From positions 134,546 to 198,545 of the forward strand of contig NW_027192219.1 of assembly GCF_041956535.1 (NCBI RefSeq): a DNA stretch of 64,000 nt. Direction: 5' to 3'. Below, one piece after another: positions 14,592 through 25,982 of this stretch; positions within the stretch are counted from its first letter, which is position 1, and every line of letters starts with the position of its first letter. The DNA is from Calcarisporiella thermophila CBS 279.70. Lineage: Eukaryota; Fungi; Calcarisporiellomycota. The translations under genes and the position numbers were made by a program. The notes beneath the pieces were generated by a model that ran no database searches, was not told where the DNA came from, and worked only from the letters and a program-made list of their open reading frames with translations.

Positions 14592-14709
14592 CAATTTTTT
14601 TTAGGCAGCCGCCGTTCGTGTCGTCCCTGAGCCAGATATAAAAATGGGCGTGCGCTGCTGTTGCTTTCCAAAAATTCACTTTTGTTGTCTCCCAAATTCT
14701 TACAAATAA

Positions 14710-15260
<551 letters not shown>

Positions 15261-16247
15261 ATTTCACTAAGAGGGTGGATTGTCTTCTTCACATGCCACT
15301 CGCCAGATTTCTTCGAATTAGGAGCATATTGGTGGCATGTTTGCATTTGTTTTTTTTTTGTACATATTTTAGGCGTTCATGCTGTTTTTGAGTTTTCTGC
15401 GTTTTCACTATACGAAAAATAAATTAAAATATACTAATTCATCCGAGAACTTTGGAAAGGATATGAGAGAAATATTGAAATAAAAAGACGAGTAATGGTA
15501 TTGAATCAATCTACAGCTTAACGACAACACGGTGACTTTATTAATTAAAGTATTTTTAGTAAAAATACACTGAAATTATCAATGAAAATGATACTCTATT
15601 TTTCGTCTAAAAATCTATATAAAAGAATTGAGTGACTTCATTGCCAAATCAACTGGGAATTGTATCAACCTATCTTGAAGTGGTGAAGTGTATAGGAGAG
15701 CTGAAAGTAAATAACTTGTTTAAAGTTTGTTGTAAGAATTGGTTCTATTTATATAGAAATCTTTCAGTTCGAATGGGTCAAATAAATTTATTGGTCAATG
15801 GCCGATCTTTATTATTGGAGATTCTATATTATAAAGAACTTAGACTTACTATGGGAGGGAGAATGATCTTTATTAAAAGTAACCAATTTTATTCTATCCT
15901 ATTCAATAGCTAATAATGAAAAAAGGATAAAAAGAGAGTAGGCAAGAAAACTATCTAATTATCTACTTCTTGCGTCAGATAAAAAATCATCCTTCTTTTT
16001 TAACCGAGGATCTTTACTGAAAAGTCTCCTATACAAAGTTAAAGGCAGGGTAGACTTCTACGTCAAAATCACACAGATAATGCTCCTGGCCATTCTTGTA
16101 GAGAAGAATTGCTTGTACCGAGAAAGATACAGAATAAGAAGTATATATGGAAGAATTTCATTGACGCATTTTGCTGCATTTCGGAGGAGTTGTAAAGAAG
16201 CTTATAGCTCGATTCCTAGAGTATGTCCCGGGTCACATCTCTAGTAT

Positions 16248-16328
16248 TGGTGCCGTCACCGAGAATCGAACTCAGCACACAGTGGTTTAGCTCCGGGGCT
16301 CTTAACCACTCTGCCATCCAAGAACGGC
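16248..16328 (-). ncRNA. tRNA-like element (tRNA pseudogene, SINE head or other Pol III RNA)
   Basis: A-box TGGCAGAGTGG; T-arm CTGAG-TTCGATT-CTCGG; acceptor-like GCCGTT/GACGGC followed by A-CCA. No canonical anticodon arm. Confidence 0.6.
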
Positions 16329-16402
16329 ATAAAAAGTCATCTGAAAAAAAAATTATGAAAAAATTGCTATTTTGATAGTACTTTTAAAAAAAATTTCGAG
16401 AA

Positions 16403-16475
16403 GCCCGGCTAGCTCAATCGGTAGAGCGTGAGACTCTTAATCTCAAGGTTGTGGGTTCGACCCCCACGTTGGGCG
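16403..16475 (+). tRNA. tRNA-Lys (anticodon CTT)
   Basis: GCCCGGCTAGCTCAATCGGTAGAGCGTGAGACTCTTAATCTCAAGGTTGTGGGTTCGACCCCCACGTTGGGCG; full 73-nt cloverleaf with a T-run downstream. Confidence 0.97.
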
Positions 16476-16710
16476 CTTAATATTTTTATGGTTATCCTAT
16501 TTTTGTTGCTGAATTACTTGACAAAAAACACAATTTCATTTTTCCAAAAGTGTACGGTGATATTTGAAGAGCATCATTCTATTTATTATTTCCGATATTT
16601 CATAGAATGAAAAAATTTCCATATATATACGTAAAAGAAATTGAAAGGGACAAGAAAAGGGGTTGCATAAACAAAGAAGCGGTTTATTTTTGTAAGAGCA
16701 AATGGAAAAT

Positions 16711-18714
16711 TTAATTGGAGGTCTCCAAGAGTTTCGTGATTTTTCCAATGGCAATCGTCTTTCCTTCGTCGCGCAGTGTGAATCGCCCAAGCTGCGGATA
16801 GTCTTCAAAGGTTTCCACGCACACAGCTAAAGGTGTTTCCAAAACTACAATAGCTTTTTCTCCTCGTTTCAGGAACATAGGGGGTCGCTTGGATTTTCGG
16901 CCTGTCTTCTTATCAAGCTTGTGTAATAGGGTCGAGATAGTGACCTCCTCAACGCATGCGTGCACATGCAACACTGCGGAGTAACCTGAGGTGATAATAT
17001 TTTTGTGGTCAAGGATCGCAAGTTGCGCCTCAAAGCGGGTAACTGTGTGCACAGGTTTGCGAGAATCGCACAACATGAATCCGACAGAAATATCTTCCTC
17101 TTCAATGCCCTTGATACGAAGCCGAACATTGTCTCCACAAATTCCCATATTAATTTCTTCTTCGAGTTCGTTATACACCGTCGTTACTTCACATTTAACC
17201 TACACCAAAAAATAGTTGTATTCGTTCAACAATTGAAATAAAATGGAACTAATTGCGACTGCAGGCTGAATTTTACCTTGTTGGGCATAATATATATGTA
17301 CTGGCCTTTCTTCACCTTGCCTGATTCAACTTTCCCCACAACAATGGTTCCCATGTCTTTGTATTTCTCCATAATGGGCATCATTAGAGGAGCATTGATT
17401 TTACGATCAACCGCCTCCATGGCATCAAGGTACTCCAGCAGGGATGGGCCAGAGTACCACGGGCATGCTTCAGATGAAAGACGATCTTTGATGTTTGCGC
17501 CCGTAAAACCGGAAACGGGCATGAACACGACATCAGTTTTCAGGTTATAGCCGGTGGCTTTAAGGAATGGGGTAAGTTTCGAAACGCACTCATCATAACG
17601 CTCCTTCGACCAGTTAACAGTGGGGTCATCCATTTTGTTTACAACGACAATCAGTTTGTTAACGCCGGACGTTTTCGCCAGCACGGTATGCTCACGTGTC
17701 TGGCCACCACGCTCAAAACCGGTTTCAAACTCCCCTCGACGAGCGGAAATGACCTTTATCACCAATCAATTTCCCGTTAATAATGTGCAAATTGGTATGA
17801 AAATAGTATGGGACAAGTGACTTACAAGAATGCCAACATCTGCCTGGGAAGCTCCGGAGATCATGCTTGGCACATAATTTTTATGCCCGGGAGCATCCAA
17901 AATTGTGTATTTGCGCCGGTCCGTTTCAAAGTAAGCGCGCCCATATTCTACCGTCTTACCCTTGGCTCGCTCTTCTGGGTTAGTATCAAGAGCCCAAGAG
18001 AGATACCAACTTTCGCGATTCGCCTCGCGTGCTTCCTTCTCGAATTTTTCCAGTGTACGCTTATCCACCATACCAGTCAACACTAGAATATTTCCACCCA
18101 TTGTCGATTTGCCAGCATCGACATGGCCCATGAACACAATATTGACATGCTCCTTTCCATACATTTCTTTTAGAAGTTCTTCGTCAACTTCTTCATCTTC
18201 TTCAGCAGCAGCAGTAGGAGCTGATGCTGTTTCAGTAGGCTGCTTCGGCGGTGGTGCAGATTTAGGCTCGTCTGCTTTAGTAGGCTCCGATTTGGGTTCG
18301 TTTGTTTTGGTGGGTTCGGGCTTAGCAGCCTCCGGCTCAGGTGGTTTCTCAGTCTTTGGTGCCGGTGGTTCTGAAGGCGCTCCAATTTTTAGGACCTTGG
18401 CAGGTGCATCCTGTGCCGGTGGATCAGAAGAGATCTTAAGGACACGAGCTATTCGATCAACATAGCAAATAATTAATTTCCTCTGCACGAAAATATCTCC
18501 AACTTGCATAATAAAGATATTCATTTCTCTAAATAATCTACTTACCAGGTGCTTCTGGTGCTGAGGACACGGGGGGAGCTTGTGCAGGGGGCTGAGCTGG
18601 CGCCTGTGAGAGCCAGCTGGGAACAAATGCTCTCGCATTCGGGTTGAAAGATGGGGCAGATGGATTGAGATTCATCTTGCCAAAGCGATTTGGTAGATTT
18701 TGCTGGTCGCTCAT
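16711..18714 (-). CDS. SUP35: Translation release factor eRF3
   Basis: [46 protein letters not shown]-terminal GRFTLRDEGKTIAIGK; three introns. Confidence 0.97.
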
Positions 18715-18943
18715 TATGGATTTCGACAAGTATATATGTATAAATGATCAAATATTAAATGAAAAATTAGAAGATAAATCGTAACTTCTAACTCTTCTTG
18801 GGTTCGATGATTGTTGAGATGCTTTATCTCCTTTTTGGTCCTTTACCTTCTATCTGTTTACAGCAGGTGATGTCATTCGTGGCTTGTATAATTATGATTT
18901 TTTCTCTTTGGCCACCGTAATCCGAAATATTTTCATTGTTAAA

Positions 18944-20355
18944 ATGGATTCGACCGATATAATCGAACCACCTGAATTAGTTCCAATTGACTCATTAGAG
19001 GAAGTTCCTGAACTTATCCCAATTAAGGACGTTACAATATCCGAGCCTATTGCAGATGATATTGCCAAAATTCCCATCACAATTGTCACGGGATTCCTTG
19101 GATCAGGGAAATCGACATTATTAAATTACATTCTTACAGAGAAACATGAAAAGCGTATTGCTGTTATTCTAAATGAATTTGGAGACAGTAAGTGATGCTA
19201 TATGATTCGTTCTCGGAATTTCAGCTAATCTATATTCAAACAGGCAGCGGTATAGACAAATCGATATCCGTTGGACAAAACGGTGCATTGTGCGAAGAAT
19301 GGCTAGAATTGAAGAATGGTTGTATGTGCTGTTCCGTAAAGTAAGTATTTGTAAATCACCCTGACATCGCCATTTTTAGTTATATTTTCATTCCTTACAC
19401 TATGATTCTCATAGAGATAATGGAGTGAAAGCCATTGAGAATTTGATGACGAAAAAAGGGAAATTTGACTATATCCTATTAGAAACAACTGGGCTTGCTG
19501 ATCCAGGTGACATAATGATTGATTTTTAAATAGGTTATATGTCTATTTATTCTCTTGTATATATTTAGGTCCTATTGCTGAAATTTTTTGGATGGACGAA
19601 GGCCTTGGGAGTGAGATCTATCTTGATGGCATTATCACTGTAGTTGACGCAAAATATATCAGAGAATACATGACTGCTGATTCACAAGATATGAACGAGG
19701 CTGTACGCCAGATTGCCTGTGGGGATCGGATCATTATAAATAAAGTTGATCTGGTATCAGAGCAAGAAATCGAAAGAATCCAGGAGGATATTAGTAAGAT
19801 TAACGGAGTAGCACAGATGATGAAGACAGAGAGGGCAAGAATATCTCTGGATTTCATCCTGGATATTAAGGCGTTTGATTTGAAGTCTACAGTAATTCAA
19901 ACTACGGTAGAGCAATCATCTCACGAAAGCCACATCGCGGCAAGTTGATTTACATATTTCTTAGGGCTTATTATTGTTTCTAATTTAAGTTTATATTTCA
20001 GAACGTTCAAACTGTGTGCCTACGTATCCCCCATCCACCTTATCCTTCTCTTCATAAGATTGATCGTTGGATTCAAGTGTTATTGTGGGAACGTAAGATT
20101 CCCTACTCTCAGAATTCCGCTACTGACGGTGACACAGTAGTTCTTCGGTTGAAAGGTATTATAAAGCATGAAGATTCTGGTAAAAATCTTGCAACTGTAG
20201 TGATACAGGGTGTAAGAGAGCTTTATGACGTACAAGAAGTACAGAAAGATATCACCATAGAAGAAAGTAAAATTGTGTTAATTGGGCGAGGGTTGGAAAA
20301 GGAGCTGTTGCAAAAATCATTTGAAGAATGGACTGGAGTCAGTATACGATTGTAG
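18944..20355 (+). CDS. ZNG1: COG0523/CobW-family Zn metallochaperone GTPase
   Basis: [37 protein letters not shown], CobW_C region LRLKG..QGV; N-terminal PELVPI motif. Confidence 0.92.
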
Positions 20356-20707
20356 TTTTAGTATACCGAACGTATTTATAAATTAATAAACTTTTGTTTA
20401 TCAACAATTTTCGTCTTTTATTTTTCCTGTTATTTATTACTTTTGGCAAAAAATCTTAAAGTAAATCAAAGTGGGGATATGATAGAAATAAACATGCTAT
20501 CCTAACTGCACTACTCTTTCTTTCCTAACGACTGTGGCAAACAAGACATAGCCAGATACAAAATAAATGATATCAATCCAAGGAATTGGTATATCCTCGT
20601 ATTAAATCCGAGGCGCAATAAACGAATCAGATAAAAATCCCAAAATAAAATTGGGTCCAAGTAAGTCTCCTTCCACATATTTTTTTTAATGATTCTTTAC
20701 CGAGCCC

Positions 20708-22531
20708 ATGTCAGGCGCGACTAAGTCTTCACGTCTAGAAAAACCAGATGGTTCCGGTGATGAAAAATGTCCCTCAGAATCTGATTGCATTTCTTATAAC
20801 CGCAATACAAAATCCAAATCGAAGCAAAGGTCAGTGAATTTTCAATCTCAGAGTTTGGTTCCAGCGGGTCATTTTCTACGATTCCAGTTCATATTGAAGT
20901 CATATGGAGATCTTCATCGGCTCATCAGCGCACAATTAATCAAAGCGCGTGTAGTGCCGCCTCAGCATCTTACAGCTCCTTTACAAGATCTTACAAAAAT
21001 TTACCCACGTACTCGTCCCTGTATCCTTCTAACGCGACCTATGCTTAAACCTCTTCCAGATAAAAACTTCCAAATTCCAACAAAGCCAATTGTTCTAAGT
21101 CGCCGAATTATGGACTATTTGTTTCATATATATACTGGTGAATGCTTTCATGAGTTTCAGCATCCAGATCCAGCCGCTTTTCTCGAGACATATTACCGCG
21201 GTGAACTTGAGCCCGCGCTTTTGTATACAGCTGTAGCTTATTCAGCGACTCATATATTATTAACACATACGAAAACGCCTATTCTGAAGCAGATGCATGT
21301 TGTGGTAGGAGAGTTAATTGCGCAGGCCGAAGCTATATTGGAAGAGGTCTTCGATACGCTTTCACCACAAACTGTGCTTGCATTTCTAAATATGGAGAGC
21401 TGCATGCTACTTCTTTCACGGAATGAAGAAGCCTATACCTATCATTCTCAAGCACTGCTTATAGCAATGGCTCTAAAAATGGATAGTGCTAACAGTAATG
21501 AGCTTGATGCGGTACAAGAAGAATTTCGAAGAAGAGTATGGTGAGGACCCTCTCTAATATCCTCAAACTATTTACTAATTTTCCTTTACTTCCTTTTTCT
21601 TCAGGTGCTTTCTCTGTAAGCGAGAGATTATGCAGGTTTATGCATACAAAAGGCCATTTTTGATAGAACGCAAGATCCTTTATCATTCACCCAAACCCAC
21701 CATCTTACCTAGTGACAATAAACCATATAAGATCCATTTGGTAAGTTTTTTAATGACTCCATGCGAAAAGGCAGGATTCTTTTTGATCTATAACATAAAT
21801 TAGATTCAGTTTATGCGGGAGATTGAATTCTTCGCCAGCCTCTCCGCATTTAGAGAGATAGAATGGAGCTTCTCAGATATCGATATTGCCCATAATGTCA
21901 TCAGAGTAGCCGCACTCCTTCAGCACACTATGATTAGCATTGCCCAATATAATAGCGGAGAGAATTCCAAGGTTGACTTGGTTGAGTCCGAGCTTGAAAT
22001 ATCTTTTTGGATATACTGGTGTTACTTGTGGAGACCGTTTATTGACCCGGATGCTCCGCCAGGTAGAATGGAGACCGACTTGATGCAACAACTGCGGGCA
22101 AAGGCGTTTGAGCAGTTTACTAAGGTCGGTGAAAGTACAGAGATAGCGTCCAATATTCTAGGAAAAGCATTTCTTAAATACACTTTTTCATAAAGGGTGC
22201 ACGCAATACGGCGATTCTTATGAAATCGATTATTCGTGACGAAGACTGGTGCCACTTATTTCCGCAGGTGCATACTCATCATCTTTGTCAAATATATAAG
22301 CTCATTGGCTGCACTCATCCAGATGCAAAAGTACGACATGAATCATTTCAGCAGCTTTCGCAAATTCAACGGATATTCCTCATGCTCCCGAGTGGCAAAA
22401 GGATCGCTGGCCGTTGGTTAGCCAATGAAGTGGAGGCAACGTTAGAGCAGATGAAACCATTTGTGTATACAGAAGAGGAAATAAGGACGAAGAATGCTTC
22501 CAAGTTGAAGCCCCTCGTTCTCAAAAAGTAA
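20708..22531 (+). CDS. Fungal transcription-factor middle-homology (Fungal_trans-like) protein
   Basis: LLYTAVAYSA, PQTVLAFL, A..IAMALKM and EEFRRRVW|CFL match the pattern. No Zn2Cys6 cluster visible. Confidence 0.65.
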
Positions 22532-22759
22532 TTAATGGTACATTTTTTTCTGTATATATATTTGTATACCCCCCTTATACTTGACCCCTGATGCTTGATA
22601 TATATATTCTCATAAACCTCTATTATATTACATCCTACAATGCTTTTCTTATTGGAATGGGGCTTTACTTTTATTACTCATGCATCAAATTTATATTTTA
22701 TTAATTTCAAGTAGAGCGTAACCGTTATAATTTGAATCTTTTCATTCACCTTTGTAATA

Positions 22760-23730
22760 ATGAAATGCGATTGCCCTTTCATATTGCGATTTAGATTTTC
22801 AAAAGCCGTAAATGCTTATCGCGTTACCTCGGGTAATGTCGAACTTAATCATCCTTCCGAAGATATTCGTTTTGCTCACAGATTTCGTAGACCCGACCCT
22901 GAAACGGTTCAATTTGCTCATAATGTAGTTCAATTTAGAAGCAGCGTTTCTCGCGCAACTCATCTTGTTTGTAGCCAGATAATATCCAATCAGGCTAAGG
23001 CTATCCATAATGCATTAGCGACAATTGCTAGAAGAGAAAGGGTGAACTATCTGAAGTTGCTGCCTTGTTGATCAAACTCGAGAATACAACCGAATATACC
23101 ATCAAATATGTATTGGAGAATGGCAAGCTGCAAAATATATTTTGGGCGCGTAACTTGAATATTTCGCTTGCAGACAAGTGCCCCGAAATCGTGATTGCTG
23201 ATAGTACCTATCGCACCGACCACTTTAACCATCCTTGCCTGGTTTTAGTCGGTGTGGATGAAAATCTTGATGGGAACTGCGCTACTAAATCACGAATCTA
23301 CCCATGCATTTACGTGGGCGCTCTAGCAGCTTATATCTTGTTTGAAAAGAGAATCGACCGAGTATATGAATAGTGCTTAGTGATTTCGACCCAGCGTTCA
23401 TAAGTGCTCTCCATAATATTATCCCACATACTCGGCATCACCTTTGTTAACGGCAGATAACATTTTATGTATTTGAACCGAAGGTTGAGCGTTACAAAGA
23501 ATTTGCAAAGGAAATAAGCTCATTGGTTCACAGATACCAGACGAATTCGACAAGCAAGATTTGGAGCTCGCTTGGGTATAAGTCATGAAACTGCCAGAAA
23601 AATTATTAAAAAAATGGAGTACATATCAATATCCTCCCCTTTGCTCCGAAAGCTGGGCGCCCACGTATTCTATCCGAGTCGAAAGAGAGCTCATAGACAT
23701 GCAGATATCGGCTGGAAAATGTTTTAAACT
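22760..23730 (+). mobile_element. Degenerate Mutator/MULE transposase remnant
   Basis: FAR1-like KCDCPF..NH; NIFWA..VIADSTYRTDHF..LVLVGVD; later SDFDPAF..HHLC*. Frameshifts and stops throughout. Confidence 0.8.
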
Positions 23731-23741
23731 AATTGAAAGTA

Positions 23742-23812
23742 CAGTACCGGTCAAAAGTTTTGACTCACCCCCTCAAGTAAAATTTACAATTCAAAACTTT
23801 TGGCCGGCACTG
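23742..23812. mobile_element. 71-bp non-autonomous Tc1-type mini-element
   Basis: 22-bp TIRs (CAGTACCGGTCAAAAGTTTTGA vs reverse complement CAGTGCCGGCCAAAAGTTTTGA, 20/22), with TA on both sides. Confidence 0.88.
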
Positions 23813-24318
23813 TATTAAAATTTTCTTGAGAATAGTGTTAATAATTAAGTCGAGTAAAAGATTGTAAAAGTGGTATTTTCTAAGGGGTTGGTTTAATAAC
23901 CCAGGAGTTTTTGAAAGAACACAGATAACAGGGGTAGCAAGTGAATCAACAATATGAGAATTTCCATACTTTAATATTTGTAGCGCTTATATTTTTCTTA
24001 TTCACTTAGGAGATATTTGCAGAGAATTAATAAATTGTAAAGCATAGTGGCAAATTTGTCCCCATTGGTAGAGATTTTACTTTGTGCCAACCTTTTAATC
24101 TCTTTCTTTACAGGGACATAATAATAAATACTCAAAGTGAAAGTAAACGACAAGATTGTATGACACATGTGGTGCAATAGATGTGTTTATGGATATTATT
24201 CATGTTATTTTTCAAAGAATATAAGATTCATACTCGATATTTCAACATAAATTTCGTTGAATGTGGGTAAATTATCTTTTCCAAAAAACCATATTTAAAT
24301 AGTTGATATACAAGCTAA

Positions 24319-25841
24319 TTATATTTTGTATTCACAGATCTTCTCAGAAACGCCACCCACATATACCGAGCCACTATTCGCAGATGAGGCAATACAGTTG
24401 AGCTTCCAACCCACACCCCATTCCTCCTTGAGAGCTTCATTCGTCAACCCCCAGACTTGAACTAGGCCGGACTGCGTAGTGTTGACAATAGTGTTTTCAT
24501 CCACAAAGTCACTAATGAAAAAATAATATTAAGAAGTAAATGCATTTTGTGCTACCAAGACTACTTACACTCCAGAAATAGGGCCAAATCTTGTCTCGCT
24601 TGCTAGCTTCTTTTCGCTCCATGCTTTACCCTCTTGAGTCAACAGGCTGATAGATCCACTTCCAAGAGCTAGCGCAACTCTTCGCCCGTCGTTAGAGACG
24701 GCCAAGTCGTATATGAAGGGAGGGTTGATTACTTGAGGGCTTGACGGAGTGTCTTCGTCTATGGATAGAGATGTTGAGTTTAAAAGAATAAGCGCAATCA
24801 AATATAGAGTACTGACTCATGTTAAAGATATTGGTAGGGCTACCACGGGAAAAATCCCACTGAATAAGACAGCAATCAAATCCACCCGTCAATACTATAA
24901 AATACACGAACCATTCAGGCGAAACACCTTGCCAAAATATGGATTCATTCATTTACCTTCCCATGTTCGTCTAGGTCGAAATGAAATGCAAAATGATATC
25001 TAGCATTAAGGACATAATAGTTAAATGCCGATTTTTTGGATGCATTTCGTAATGAAAGGTTACATTTTCATGTTTTTTCCGAAATTGTTTATAAATTTTT
25101 CTCGTTTCTAAGTCGACTACAGAAAATGTAAGATTCAGATTCCACAGGTTGAGAGATCTCGAGTGAATATGTCAGCGCATCTACCTATTTTCACCTCTCC
25201 ATTGTCGTCTACACTTCCAAGGTATTTTCCCTTTTCATTAATGGCTATCTATAAACATACCGACAGTCAATATCGTAGCAGAGTTAAGTAATAGCCTATC
25301 TCATTTACCTGATTAATTTCATCGGTGCTAAATTCGAATGTCTTCATGGGTTCTGACGAAACACATTCAATGTTGCGAAGGTCATACAAGTGAATCTAAT
25401 AATTTAAACAAAACATTAGCACAGCACCAGATATAAGTATAATTTCTCACCTTCTTTCCACATGCTACATACAGCTCCATAGGATTTTTGGGCGAAAGCT
25501 TTGCAGAGTTCACTCTACCATTACCAAAAATACCTTTTATACATTTGCCAGTATTTAAATCCCAAATTCTACAAGTTTTATCGTCTGGTATCAATAGAGA
25601 AGCGTAATAAATTAGAAATGTACCCCTACGTGATTTATGAATAGTTGCAAATATTCTTACCTGAGCCACTTAACAGCACCGAGCCAAATACAGGATGCTC
25701 TAAGTACTCTAAGCAAGTGATTGAAGATTTGTGCCCCACAAGTGTAGTTACAGGCTAACCAGATAGAGCGAAGAAAACAACATTAAGAATGCTTGCAACC
25801 AGTGGAAACGAAGTAATGGTATTTACAATTTTCTCCAGCAT
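24319..25841 (-). CDS. WD40-repeat protein, WDR53-like
   Basis: GHKSSITCL..SGS|DDKTCRIWD, KHEN|ISFCISFRP, TGGFDCCLIQWDF, INPPFIYDLAV; multi-exon. Confidence 0.75.
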
Positions 25842-25982
25842 TTCTTTTAACACTCCATATAGTTAAGGAACGGTGGCGAGTTGAGTTTTATTGAAGATAT
25901 ATCACGGACTGCGAATTTTATAAGTAAACAAAGAGTAAAAGTATAAAATAGTTTGCCACCATTTAGATGCTGCATTTATAAA

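Noticed and set aside
16248-16328. tRNA-Sec or amber-suppressor tRNA (CTA within GCTAAA)
   Set aside because: No TCA anticodon, no long Sec-type arms, and no proper 5-bp anticodon stem with a U33 loop.
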